A DNA stretch of 64,000 bases from Treponemataceae bacterium (GCA_963667725.2 CAXXHO010000005.1:864001-928000); one strand, 5' to 3'. Shown: positions 33,152 through 43,066, counted from the first letter of the stretch. A program made the numbers and translations. The notes: generated by a model from the letters alone, not told the origin.

Positions 33152-33988
33152 ATGGCTGGAACAAGACTCGGGAAAAACGCGATCGCCCTCACCGGGCTCG
33201 CGATTATCGCCTTCTACATCGCCGTCATCATCGTCGCGCTTTTCTGGCTGCCCTACGACCCCGTGGCCATGAGCCCGGCCCACATGCTGGAAGCGCCTTC
33301 GATCCAAACGGGACACCTCTTCGGCACCGACGAGTTCGGCCGCGACATACTGTCGCGGATCATGCAGGGCTGCTCGGTTTCGCTGATCATATCCATCAGC
33401 GCCACGCTGATGGGCGCCGTGATTGGCACCCTCATGGGCATCTGGGCAGGATTCCTCGGCGGGAAATGGGACCAGTTCATCATGCGCATAGCCGACATCC
33501 TTTTCTCCTTCCCTTCGCTGCTTCTCGCGATATTCATAATGGGAATCCTCGGAGAGAAAACGTACAACGTCATCATAGCTATCGGCATCGTCTACATACC
33601 GCAGTTCGCGAGGGTGAGCAGGGGCGCGATAATTACGCTGAAGAGCAGCGAATTCGTGCGCGCCGCCTTCTCCAACGGCGCCGGAAGAAGTTATGTGCTT
33701 TTCAAGCACCTTCTTCCCAACATAATGATGCCGCTCATTGTCCAGGTTTCGCTGTCGCTCAGCGTGGCCATCCTCCTCGAATCGGCCCTGAGCTTCCTGG
33801 GCCTCGGCATTCAGCCGCCCTATCCGTCCTGGGGCAACATGCTTTCGAGCGCGCGGAAATTCATGATGCTCGCGCCCTGGACGGCGATCTATCCCGGCAT
33901 CGCGATCAGCTTTCTGGTGCTCGGCTTCAATCTTTTAGGCGACGGGCTGCGCGACATCCTCGATCCGCGCCTGCGGAACGTGAAGTGA
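33152..33988 (+). CDS. peptide ABC transporter permease (DppC/OppC-like)
   Basis: FGTDEFGRDILSR, HLLPN, LSFLGLG, GDGLRDILDP. Confidence 0.92.
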   Translation: MAGTRLGKNAIALTGLAIIAFYIAVIIVALFWLPYDPVAMSPAHMLEAPSIQTGHLFGTDEFGRDILSRIMQGCSVSLIISISATLMGAVIGTLMGIWAGFLGGKWDQFIMRIADILFSFPSLLLAIFIMGILGEKTYNVIIAIGIVYIPQFARVSRGAIITLKSSEFVRAAFSNGAGRSYVLFKHLLPNIMMPLIVQVSLSLSVAILLESALSFLGLGIQPPYPSWGNMLSSARKFMMLAPWTAIYPGIAISFLVLGFNLLGDGLRDILDPRLRNVK

Positions 33989-33998
33989 GGGGCGGGAA

Positions 33999-35027
33999 AT
34001 GAAACAACGCGGCGACGTGATTCTAAGCGTAAAGAATCTGAAAACATATTTCGACACTGAATACGGCATCGTGAAAGCAGTCGACGATATCTCCTTCGAT
34101 GTCCGCCGGGGCGAGGTGCTCGGCATCGTGGGCGAGTCCGGCTCGGGCAAGTCGGTGACGAACCTTTCGCTGCTGCGGCTCGTCCCGACGCCTCCCGGAC
34201 GCATCGCCGGCGGCCAGATATTCTTCGAAGGCAAGAATCTCCTCGAAGGGGACGAGGAAGACATAAGGCTGATCCGCGGCGGCAACATATCGATGATATT
34301 CCAGGACCCGATGACTTCCCTCAACCCTCTGTTGCGCATATCGCTGCAGATAGCCGAAGCCCTGCAGCTCCATCATGGTCTTTCGAAGAAAGAGGCCGTC
34401 GCCAAGGCCGTCGAGCTGCTCAAGGCGATAGGCATTCCGGACGCCGAAAGCCGCGCCCACGACTATCCGCACCAATTCTCGGGCGGCATGCGTCAGCGCG
34501 TTATGATAGCGATGGCCATCAGCTGCAGCCCCGACATTCTCATCGCCGACGAGCCGACGACAGCCCTCGACGTCACGATCCAGGCGCAGATACTCGATCT
34601 CATAAAAGGGCTTTCCGACAAGAACACCATGTCAGTGATCCTGATAACCCACGACCTGGGCGTCGTGGCTGGCATCTGCGATTCGGTCTGCGTGATGTAC
34701 GCGGGGCGCATCGTGGAGAAGGCCGGCGTCGACGAACTGTTCAGCGATCCGAAACATCCTTATACGATCGGCCTTCTCGATTCTATACCGCGCATCGACG
34801 CGGCGGGGCGGCAGAGGCTGTATTCCATTCCAGGCGCGCCGCCCAATCTTGTGAACCTTCCGGCGGGCTGTCCCTTCTATCCCCGCTGCGAAAAGGGGAT
34901 GGATGTCTGCACTAAGGCCTTCCCGCCGGAAACGAGTTTCGGCGCGACAGGGTCAGGCGCGGCGGGCGGCGCGACGCGGTCGGTGCGCTGCTGGCTTCAT
35001 GCCGAAGGATCCCACGATGCCCGATAA
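33999..35027 (+). CDS. peptide ABC transporter ATPase (DppD/OppD-like)
   Basis: [25 protein letters not shown]-terminal GCPFYPRC. Confidence 0.92.
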   Translation: MKQRGDVILSVKNLKTYFDTEYGIVKAVDDISFDVRRGEVLGIVGESGSGKSVTNLSLLRLVPTPPGRIAGGQIFFEGKNLLEGDEEDIRLIRGGNISMIFQDPMTSLNPLLRISLQIAEALQLHHGLSKKEAVAKAVELLKAIGIPDAESRAHDYPHQFSGGMRQRVMIAMAISCSPDILIADEPTTALDVTIQAQILDLIKGLSDKNTMSVILITHDLGVVAGICDSVCVMYAGRIVEKAGVDELFSDPKHPYTIGLLDSIPRIDAAGRQRLYSIPGAPPNLVNLPAGCPFYPRCEKGMDVCTKAFPPETSFGATGSGAAGGATRSVRCWLHAEGSHDAR

Positions 35028-36015
35028 AGCGACCCTGCTCGAAGTGAAGAATCTTAAGGTTTATTTCCCCATCGAAAAGGGAATCCTGATGCGCCGTCGG
35101 GTCGGCTGGCTCAAAGCGGTGGACGATATCAGCTTTTCCCTGAAAAAGGGCGAATCGCTCGGCCTCGTGGGCGAGTCGGGCTGCGGCAAGTCGACGACGG
35201 CGATGGCCATCGCCCAACTTCAGAGCGCGACGAGCGGGGAAATCCTCTTCGAAGGAAAAAATCTCCGCGCACTGTCGCCCAAGGAGCTGTACGAGGCGCG
35301 AAGGAATTTCCAGATCGTCTTCCAGGATCCCTATTCATCGCTAGATCCGAGGATGAAGGCCGCCGATATCATCGCCGAGCCCCTGCGCATCTACGCGAAG
35401 CGGGGAGCGCTCAACCTTACCGAAGAGCAGATCAAGGCCAAGACCGCCTCCTTGATGGAAAAGGTGGGTCTTCTGCCTTCGTTCGGAAGCCGCTATCCCC
35501 ACGAATTCTCGGGCGGCCAGCGGCAGCGCATCGGCATCGCGCGCGCCCTCGCCCTCGAGCCCAAGCTCATCATCGCCGACGAGCCGGTGAGCGCCCTCGA
35601 TGTGTCCATCCAGTCGCAGATTCTCAATCTCCTCAAGGATCTGCAGGACGAGTTCGATCTCACCTTTCTCTTCATCGCGCACAATCTCGCCGTCGTGGAG
35701 TATTTCTGCTCCAGGATCGTGGTGATGTATCTGGGAACTATAGCCGAAATAGCCGATTCTGCGGTTCTCTACGAAAAGCCCATGCATCCTTACACTCGCG
35801 CGCTGCTGTCGGCCGTGCCGATTCCCGATCCGCCCAAGGAACGCCTGCGCAAGCGCATCATATTGAAGGGCGACGTGCCGTCGCCCACGAAGGAAAGGGC
35901 CGGTTGTCCCTTCAGGGAACGCTGTTCCGAGGCCATGGAGCGCTGCGCCGCTAGCGTGCCGCCCCTCGTGGAAGCCGAGGCCGGCCATCAGGTGGCCTGC
36001 TTCCTGTATTCATGA
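35017..36015 (+). CDS. peptide ABC transporter ATPase (DppF/OppF-like)
   Basis: GESGCGKST, FSGGQRQR, DEPVSALD, GCPFRERC. Confidence 0.92.
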   Translation: MPDKATLLEVKNLKVYFPIEKGILMRRRVGWLKAVDDISFSLKKGESLGLVGESGCGKSTTAMAIAQLQSATSGEILFEGKNLRALSPKELYEARRNFQIVFQDPYSSLDPRMKAADIIAEPLRIYAKRGALNLTEEQIKAKTASLMEKVGLLPSFGSRYPHEFSGGQRQRIGIARALALEPKLIIADEPVSALDVSIQSQILNLLKDLQDEFDLTFLFIAHNLAVVEYFCSRIVVMYLGTIAEIADSAVLYEKPMHPYTRALLSAVPIPDPPKERLRKRIILKGDVPSPTKERAGCPFRERCSEAMERCAASVPPLVEAEAGHQVACFLYS

Positions 36016-36524
36016 GGAGGACCACCGTGCCACCGCTTATCGATGACGCAACGTTGGGCGATATAGATTCCTGCGCGCTCATCGCCTGCGAATCAGAAAT
36101 AGGAAAGCGCTATGGCTTCGAGCGCGCCACCCTCGCCGGAAAAATGCGCGCAGGCGTGGCGGCTGGCGCCCTCATCGTGGTGGCCCGGGAAGACGCCGGA
36201 ACGCCTGACGCCGGCGGCGCCGCGCCGTGCGGCGTTCTCGGCTTTGCCTGGATCGACCCGCGCGGGGCCTTCGGTTCCGCGCCCTATCTGAAGCTCATCG
36301 CCGTCGACGCGAACAAACGGTCAGGCGGCGTCGGTTCGGCCCTTCTCGCCGAGTTCGAAAGGCGCACGCTCGCCATCGGCAGAGTCTGGACGCTCATGGT
36401 GTCGGACTTCAACCTGGGCGCCGTTGCCTTCTACGAGAAACATGGGTACTGTAAAGCAGGGGCCATTCCCGGTTTCGCCGTCGATGGCATCGCGGAGATA
36501 TTGATGGTGAAGAAAAAGACATGA
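36012..36524 (+). CDS. GNAT acetyltransferase
   Basis: LIAVDANKRSGGVGSALL, VSDFNLGAVAFYEKHGY; ATGA overlaps with both neighbours. Confidence 0.85.
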   Translation: MRRTTVPPLIDDATLGDIDSCALIACESEIGKRYGFERATLAGKMRAGVAAGALIVVAREDAGTPDAGGAAPCGVLGFAWIDPRGAFGSAPYLKLIAVDANKRSGGVGSALLAEFERRTLAIGRVWTLMVSDFNLGAVAFYEKHGYCKAGAIPGFAVDGIAEILMVKKKT

Positions 36525-37609
36525 GTGAAGATCAGCTGGCCGGCGCGATAAACGCCATCGCCGAACGCGCTCTTTCGCGGAAACTCGCCGCGGGACTCGT
36601 CGTGAGAATCGAGCGCGGCGCCCAGCCGATGTTTGAACATGCCTACGGACACGCGCTCGTCGCGGCGAACCGCCACGATCCCATGACGACGGGCACGAAA
36701 TTCGACCTCGCTTCCCTCACGAAACTATTCACCACGACGGCCGCCCTGCGTCTCGCGACGGGGAAAAGAATTCCCCTCGACGCGCCGTTGCGCGACATCG
36801 AATTTACCGCCAGGATGTCGTCCGGACACCCCCTGCTCGAGAGGGCTTTTTCCGCCATCACGGTCCGGAAGCTGATGACGCATTCGAGCGGCCTGCATTA
36901 CTGGTATCCGTTCTACGCCACGGGCGGCGGCGATTTCGCTTCCATAATGGAAAGCGTCCTGGGGCGCTTTCCCCTCGGCGGCGACATCGTCTATTCCGAC
37001 CTTAATTACATGCTTCTCGGCAAGATCGTGGAAAGCGCGAGCGGATTTCCGCTGAAAGCTGCGATGCGCGATATCGTCTGCGGACCGTTAAAGTTGGCCG
37101 ACACAGGATACAGGCTCGAGCGCGGTCCTTTCGCCGCGACGGAATTCGGCAATCTCATAGAAAAGAAAATGGTGGAGGATCTCGGCCTCGTCTTTTCGAG
37201 CTGGCGCCCAGACGGCATCCCCTTCGTGGGCGAGCCTGACGACGGGAACTGCCACTACTTTTTCAGCGGCGTGGCAGGCCATGCCGGCGTCTTCTCGACG
37301 GCGCGCGACCTCTGCGCGCTGGGGAATGTGTATCTGGATCCGAACGGCCACAACGGATTCCTCTCGCCGAGCCTTGTCGCTGAAGCCTGCCGGGATCACG
37401 GAGGGAATCGCGGCCTTGGATTCCAGCTGGGCGAACTCTATCCGGGCGGCGGCTTCGGCCACACCGGGTTCACCGGAACCTATCTTTATCTCAACCGAGA
37501 AACGCAAATAGCGGTCGCCATACTCGCCAACCGCCTCCATGTCGAGACGCCGCAGAACATCAACGAGTTGAGGAAAGAGCTCGTCGGCGCGGTACTCCGG
37601 GAACTCTGA
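36521..37609 (+). CDS. beta-lactamase-fold serine hydrolase
   Basis: FDLASLTK (SxxK), LMTHSSGL, YSD, AGHAGVF, GHTGFTG. Confidence 0.88.
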   Translation: MSEDQLAGAINAIAERALSRKLAAGLVVRIERGAQPMFEHAYGHALVAANRHDPMTTGTKFDLASLTKLFTTTAALRLATGKRIPLDAPLRDIEFTARMSSGHPLLERAFSAITVRKLMTHSSGLHYWYPFYATGGGDFASIMESVLGRFPLGGDIVYSDLNYMLLGKIVESASGFPLKAAMRDIVCGPLKLADTGYRLERGPFAATEFGNLIEKKMVEDLGLVFSSWRPDGIPFVGEPDDGNCHYFFSGVAGHAGVFSTARDLCALGNVYLDPNGHNGFLSPSLVAEACRDHGGNRGLGFQLGELYPGGGFGHTGFTGTYLYLNRETQIAVAILANRLHVETPQNINELRKELVGAVLREL

Positions 37610-37796
37610 AAGGCCGAAGCCGACCTGGACCCTGTCTTGACGCGCCCCCCCAATTCATGGATTCATGTAACGCTCAAAAAAAGTTCCGTAAAAAGGAACG
37701 GCGTTCAAACGCCGCTATAGCCTCACTGCATTGGCGGCAAGTCTCCGCCACGCGGCGGGTCCGCGCGCCGCGGTCTCCGCTGAACAAGCCGGGAGA

Positions 37797-39071
37797 ATGA
37801 ACATCGTGTACGGTATCGATTTTGGAACCTCCAATACTGTCGTCTCCATCGAATCAGGCGGAAAATCGGAAGTGGTGGATCTGGGCGGCGGCGAAAAAGT
37901 GCTGCCTTCCATCATGTTTTTCGAAAGAGACAAACCTGTCGCGATCGGGACCGAGGGAATACGCGAATATTCGGCGGCTTTGGAGCGGCACAGGCTCTCG
38001 AGGGATCTGTACCGGCATTTTCGGCTCTTCCAGGCCCTGAAGCTCGCGCTCAAGGACGAATATTTCGAAGGTTCCCATGTTTTCGGAAAGTATTGGAGCG
38101 GGGAAGCCCTGACCGGCCTCTTCCTCCGCGAAGTGAGGCGGAGAGCCGACGCGAGCCGCGGAAAGGCGAGAAGAGAGGTTGTCCTGGGCAGGCCGGTGCG
38201 CCTCGCCGAGACTCCCGAAAAAGACGCTCTCATCCAGAAGCGCTTCGAGGACGCCTGCCGCCTCGCGGGATTCGAGGAAGTGCATTTCGTCAAGGAACCG
38301 GTCGCGGCGATGGCGAGCCTCATCGGCGACGTCAAAGGATGCACGCTCGTGTTCGATTTCGGCGGCGGCACGCTGGACATCACCGTGGCGAGACTCCTGG
38401 ACGACGGCATCGAGATTCTCTCGAGCGAAGGCGCCAACCTGGGCGGCTATATCTTGGACGAAGACCTCTCGCGCGGCCGCATCATCAGGCATTTCGGCTA
38501 CGGCGGCCACATCAGGACGATGACGGGAAAGAGTCTCGAGATTCCGCGCTGGATAACGAATCAGGTGGCCTCATTCTACGCGCTTCCCCTCGGCGACGTG
38601 GTCAAGACCAAGCAGACCATCCAGGAACTGATGTATGACGCCGACAGGAAATCTGAACTCAAAGGCCTTATCCAGTTCCTGGACAGAAACCTCGCCTTCG
38701 GTCTCTTCGAAAAAATCGACGACGCGAAGATCGCGCTATCATCGCGGGACGCGGCGTCGGTCGAGTTCGACCTGCCGCCCCATATCGCCCTCCGGGAGAG
38801 GATCAGCAGAAGCGATTTCGAGCAAATCATCGAAAAGAGGGTGCTCGCCGCCGAGGCTTTGGTGCTCAAGGCGGTCGCCGAGGCGGGCATCGAGACGGAG
38901 GATGTCGGGCATGTTATAAGAGTGGGAGGTTCCTGCAGAATCCCCGCTTTCGTGAGAATGCTCGAAAAGAATTTTCCGGGCAAAGTACGCGAAGGCGAGG
39001 TCTACACCAGCATTTCGGCTGGTCTATTGAGAGCGTGGCGTCTAGGGCTCGGCTGCGATCGGCAAGGCTAG
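37797..39071 (+). CDS. Hsp70-family ATPase, YegD-like (nucleotide-binding domain only)
   Basis: GIDFGTSNT, VLGRPV, EPVAA, FDFGGGTLD, VGGSCRIP. Confidence 0.88.
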   Translation: MNIVYGIDFGTSNTVVSIESGGKSEVVDLGGGEKVLPSIMFFERDKPVAIGTEGIREYSAALERHRLSRDLYRHFRLFQALKLALKDEYFEGSHVFGKYWSGEALTGLFLREVRRRADASRGKARREVVLGRPVRLAETPEKDALIQKRFEDACRLAGFEEVHFVKEPVAAMASLIGDVKGCTLVFDFGGGTLDITVARLLDDGIEILSSEGANLGGYILDEDLSRGRIIRHFGYGGHIRTMTGKSLEIPRWITNQVASFYALPLGDVVKTKQTIQELMYDADRKSELKGLIQFLDRNLAFGLFEKIDDAKIALSSRDAASVEFDLPPHIALRERISRSDFEQIIEKRVLAAEALVLKAVAEAGIETEDVGHVIRVGGSCRIPAFVRMLEKNFPGKVREGEVYTSISAGLLRAWRLGLGCDRQG

Positions 39072-39079
39072 AATTCGTT

Positions 39080-39580
39080 CTAGAATTTGTAGCCAAATCT
39101 CCTGAGCATCGCCTTGCGGTCCGCCTTGTCGGCATCGCATTCGACACCTAGCGGGGAAGACCCATCTATCACGCCGAGGATGCCGGCTCCCTGTTCCGTC
39201 CTCGCGCGTACAACCTGCAGCGCGTTGGCGGTGGCGCAGAAAATCCCGCAGACTTCGGGGCAGGCCTTAATGCGATCCAGGACGTTGATGGGATACGTAC
39301 CGGGGCCCAGGATGAGATAAAAGCTGTGCCCGGCGCCCACTGCCAGGGCGCAATCCACCGCGCTTTTCACCAAGGCCGGATCGGTACCCTCGGATCGCAC
39401 GAGGCAGACGCCCGACGCTTCGTTGAAGGCCAGTCCATACTTGGCGCCGGGCGCCGAATTGGCCATTATTTCGGCCATATCCTCCACGGTCTTTATGAAA
39501 TGCGACTGTCCGACGACGATATTGCAGTCGGCGGGTGTCGTAAGTTGAACGATATCGAGTTCCACGGCTTTCTCCTTCAT
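39080..39580 (-). CDS. adenosine-specific kinase family protein (DUF355-like)
   Basis: GQSHFIKTVED, FNEASG, YPINVL, IFCATAN, GVIDG, C-terminal FGYKF. Confidence 0.85.
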   Translation of the reverse strand: MKEKAVELDIVQLTTPADCNIVVGQSHFIKTVEDMAEIMANSAPGAKYGLAFNEASGVCLVRSEGTDPALVKSAVDCALAVGAGHSFYLILGPGTYPINVLDRIKACPEVCGIFCATANALQVVRARTEQGAGILGVIDGSSPLGVECDADKADRKAMLRRFGYKF

Positions 39581-40404
39581 TCTTCCTGGGCTTCTTTATG
39601 AACGGGCCGGCCCACGGGAGCGGCGTACATGGCGAACATGTCCTCGCCGTCCAGCCCGAGATACGCGTCGAGCTTTTTCTGGTCGTAGGCGCCCACGGCG
39701 CAGGTTCCCAAGCCCAAAGCCTCGCATGCCAGATAGAGATTCTGGCAGGAATGGCCGGCGTCCAGGGCCACGAGCTTGTCGGCCGCCTTGCCGTAGCGCC
39801 ATTCGCTCCTGTAGGGAACAGCCGCCCAGAGAATGACGCAGGATGAATTCCGCAGCTGGTCCATGAGGGCTTCGTTGAGCGATTCTGAATCGTCGCCCTC
39901 CCTTTCGAGCACGAGGGAATGTTCCAGCGGAAGATAACGATAAAGCCCGGGCTTGAGTCCATCGATGCTCCGAACGGAGACATAGAGATCCAGGGGGTGC
40001 CTGGCGCCGCCCGATGGCGTCGTCCTGAAAGAAAATTTCCCTCTGTTCTCGCGCACGCCTTCGCAGGACCATAGAAGATAGGAAAGCTCAGCGAGGGAGA
40101 GCGGCGCGATTTCGAAAACGCGTCTCGATTTGCGGCTTTTCAGCAGCCTATGAAGGATTGGCGCCGCCATTATTGGCGCCGCCATAACGGACGCCGCCTC
40201 TAGGGCTGCTAATGGCGCCGGCGTTGCCGCCATTCTCGCGTAGACTTCCTCCACGGGAGGAAGCGTCACGACGCTGTCGTCGGATTCGGGAGGAGTCTCC
40301 TGCAGGGGAGCGGGCAGTCCTTTCGACTGGTCGGAAACCGTTTCCTTGACGAGCTGCCAGTTGGATTTCAGGAAATGTCTTCCCTGAAGGTATCGGTCAT
40401 CCAT
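39577..40404 (-). CDS. SagB/ThcOx-family FMN nitroreductase/dehydrogenase
   Basis: RKSRR, FRTTPSGGARHP, GLYRY, LDAGHSCQNLYL. Confidence 0.88.
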   Translation of the reverse strand: MDDRYLQGRHFLKSNWQLVKETVSDQSKGLPAPLQETPPESDDSVVTLPPVEEVYARMAATPAPLAALEAASVMAAPIMAAPILHRLLKSRKSRRVFEIAPLSLAELSYLLWSCEGVRENRGKFSFRTTPSGGARHPLDLYVSVRSIDGLKPGLYRYLPLEHSLVLEREGDDSESLNEALMDQLRNSSCVILWAAVPYRSEWRYGKAADKLVALDAGHSCQNLYLACEALGLGTCAVGAYDQKKLDAYLGLDGEDMFAMYAAPVGRPVHKEAQEE

Positions 40405-40855
40405 TATTCTTTCCTTGAAACAGAAGCGTCTCTATATAGTCCACCGCGTCGGCCACAATCCTGTTGCACACCTTGTCGCTCAGGCCGCCTGCCTTTACCG
40501 CCGCCCGGCCTTCTTCGGTCCAGAGATCGGCGCCGCCGAGAAGGGCGCGGCACTGAGTCGATCCATGCCTGGCTTCCATCTCAGCCACGAATTTCGCGAC
40601 CGCCCCGTAGGTATTCATCTTCCCGTCCTGGTCCGATCCTTCTTCGCTTCCCATGGCGAGCGAAAGGGCCAGAACGCCGCCGCTGATAGCCCCGCAGGTG
40701 AGTCCCATCCTGCCCATGCCGCCGCCCAGTCCCGTCGAGATCTTGTGAGCGAGACGCTCATCCATGCCAAAATCGGCGGCGAATACGGTGAATACCGCCT
40801 GTGAACAAGAAGAACCGCCGCCATGCAATGCCACCGCCCGTTCCGCTCTGGTCAT
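40397..40855 (-). CDS. C-GCAxxG-C-C family redox-active protein
   Basis: SCSQAV, GLGGGMG, TCGAISGG, GSTQCRALL, C-terminal Cys. Confidence 0.85.
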   Translation of the reverse strand: MTRAERAVALHGGGSSCSQAVFTVFAADFGMDERLAHKISTGLGGGMGRMGLTCGAISGGVLALSLAMGSEEGSDQDGKMNTYGAVAKFVAEMEARHGSTQCRALLGGADLWTEEGRAAVKAGGLSDKVCNRIVADAVDYIETLLFQGKNNG

Positions 40856-40969
40856 ATGTTTCCTCGCTGATTAATTGACTTCAGCCACTGTTATACTACC
40901 ATCTCTAAGACTCAGGCAATCGCGGCGCCGTTCCGGCCATATTGATATAATTGCGCCGTCGTCCCAGCC

Positions 40970-42460
40970 TTATCTATACGAACGCGCCGCTTTCACCGCT
41001 TTCTCCCATCCCGACACGAGGCGGCTCCTCGTCCCACCGTCCATCTCCGGCCTGAATTCGCGTCTCTTTCTCCAATTCTTCTTCACGTCGTCCAGCCCCG
41101 ACCAGTAACCCGCGGCCAGACCGGCCATGTAGGCGGCGCCTAAGGCCGTAGTCTCGGTGACTTCGGGCAGGACGACGTTCCGCTCCGTGATATCGGCCTG
41201 GAACTGCATCAGGAAGGAGTTGGCCGAAGCCCCGCCGTCGGCTTTTATGCTCGCAAGCCTGCGGCCTGAATCCTTTTCCATGGCGTCGAGAAGATCGCGC
41301 GACTCGTAGGCTATCGCCTCCAGGGCCGCGCGTACGAAATGCGCCCTCGTCGTGCCTCTTGTGATGCCAACCACGGTTCCGCGCGCCTCCGAATCCCAGT
41401 AAGGCGCTCCCAGGCCGACGAAAGCCGGCACGAGATAGACGCCGCCGGTATCAGGCACCGAACGCGCCAGCGCCTCGCTCTCGGCTGAATCGGCTAGGAG
41501 GCCCATCTGGTCGCGCAGCCACTGGATGACGGCGCCCGCTATGAAAACCGAGCCTTCGAGGGCGTAGGTATAGCCCTTGCCGAGATCCCAGGCCACGGTC
41601 GTGAGGAGGTTGTGTTCGGACACGACGGGAAAGGGGCCCGCGTTCATAAGGGTGAAGCAGCCCGTGCCGTAGGTGTTCTTGGCTTCCCCGGGCTCGAAGC
41701 AGGCGTGGCCGAAAAGGGCCGCCTGCTGGTCGCCCGCGACGCCGGTGACGGGAATCGCCGTCCCGAAAAGCTCCGCGCGCGCGGTCCCGAAGAACCCCGA
41801 ACTGGGCAGCACCTCCGGGAGAATGGAGCGCGGCACGCCGAGCAGTTTCAAAAGATCGTCGTCCCATGTCCGTTTCCTGATATCGAAGAGTAGCGTGCGG
41901 CTCGCGTTGGTCGGATCGGTGGCGTGGCGTCCGGTGAGGCGGTAAATAAGCCAGGAATCTATGGTGCCGAACATGAGTTCGCCGCGCTCGGCGCGCACGC
42001 GCAGGTCGGGACGCTCCCTGAACAGCCAGGTGAGTTTAGTGCCCGAAAAATAGGCGTCCAGCACGAGGCCGGTTTTCTCGCGTATCTCCGGCTCGGCCCC
42101 CGCCGCCCGTAGCTCGTCGCATATGCCCGACGAACGTCTGCATTGCCAGACGATGGCGTTGTACACGGGTTTGCCGGTATCGCGCTCCCACAGCACCGTC
42201 GTCTCGCGCTGGTTCGTGATGCCGATGGCGAGTATCTGGTCGCTCTCGATCTGGGCCGCCGCGATGGCGCCGCGCGCCGCCTCGAGCTGGGTCGTCCAGA
42301 TTTCCTCGGGATCGTGCTCTACCCAACCCGGCTTGGGGAATATCTGATTGAAGGGTATCTGCTTGACGCCGATGATGATGCCGTCGTGGTTGAATAAAAT
42401 CGCCCTCGAAGAGGTCGTGCCCTGATCCAGGGCAAGAATATACTGTTCTTTTGTCGACAT
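40970..42460 (-). CDS. glpK: glycerol kinase
   Basis: ALDQGTTSSR, GITNQRET, YFSGTK, GDQQAALFG, KNTYGTG, GLGAPYW. Confidence 0.96.
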   Translation of the reverse strand: MSTKEQYILALDQGTTSSRAILFNHDGIIIGVKQIPFNQIFPKPGWVEHDPEEIWTTQLEAARGAIAAAQIESDQILAIGITNQRETTVLWERDTGKPVYNAIVWQCRRSSGICDELRAAGAEPEIREKTGLVLDAYFSGTKLTWLFRERPDLRVRAERGELMFGTIDSWLIYRLTGRHATDPTNASRTLLFDIRKRTWDDDLLKLLGVPRSILPEVLPSSGFFGTARAELFGTAIPVTGVAGDQQAALFGHACFEPGEAKNTYGTGCFTLMNAGPFPVVSEHNLLTTVAWDLGKGYTYALEGSVFIAGAVIQWLRDQMGLLADSAESEALARSVPDTGGVYLVPAFVGLGAPYWDSEARGTVVGITRGTTRAHFVRAALEAIAYESRDLLDAMEKDSGRRLASIKADGGASANSFLMQFQADITERNVVLPEVTETTALGAAYMAGLAAGYWSGLDDVKKNWRKRREFRPEMDGGTRSRLVSGWEKAVKAARSYR

Positions 42461-42565
42461 GAATGTAGTATACTCCGGAAACGAAGAACGTGAAACGCCG
42501 AAAATGGCAGCGCGGCGGCCTTGAAAACGCATTGGCCGCTTGCCGGTTTCATCCTGGGGGAAGCC

Positions 42566-43051
42566 ATGGAAAAGAACGAATTCAATGCTCTCGTGAACGC
42601 TTTCGAGCACGCGTATGACGCCTTGTCGGCTGAACTGAACGCGCTCGGTCCCGATGAATTGAACTTTGTGCCGCCCATCCTCGACGCGTGGTCCATCAAC
42701 GAGCACCTCGTTCATCTTCTGGACGCCGACTGCAACCTCGTGATGCGGCTGAGGGGCGCGGTGGGAGAACCGGGCAAAAACATCCCCATCTGGGACCAGG
42801 AAGCCTGGCGCGCTAAAAATAATTATTCGGCGAGCGACGGCGTTTTCTGCCTCGATCTTGCCGTATCCCTCAGGAAATTCCTGGCGGAATCCCTCCGGAC
42901 CCTCGACGACGCGACACGCGAAGCCGCCTGCGTCATGCATCCCGAACGGGGAAAGCTCAGCCTTGCCGATGTCCTGACCATCTATACGGGACATGCCGAT
43001 TTTCACTTCAAGTATCTTAAAAGGAATCTTGAGGCGTTTAAAAATAAATAG
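42566..43051 (+). CDS. DinB/YfiT-family protein
   Basis: WSINEHLVHL, HPERG, HADFH metal-binding histidines. Confidence 0.85.
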   Translation: MEKNEFNALVNAFEHAYDALSAELNALGPDELNFVPPILDAWSINEHLVHLLDADCNLVMRLRGAVGEPGKNIPIWDQEAWRAKNNYSASDGVFCLDLAVSLRKFLAESLRTLDDATREAACVMHPERGKLSLADVLTIYTGHADFHFKYLKRNLEAFKNK

Positions 43052-43066
43052 CATAGAGGAAGCACG

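Noticed and set aside
36521..37609. Beta-lactamase resistance gene
   Set aside because: No obvious signal peptide and a transporter-operon context; the fold is shared by many esterases and amidases
39577..40404. SagB/ThcOx gene as a sign of an azole-RiPP cluster
   Set aside because: No YcaO, precursor peptide or exporter nearby; stand-alone SagB-like nitroreductases are common
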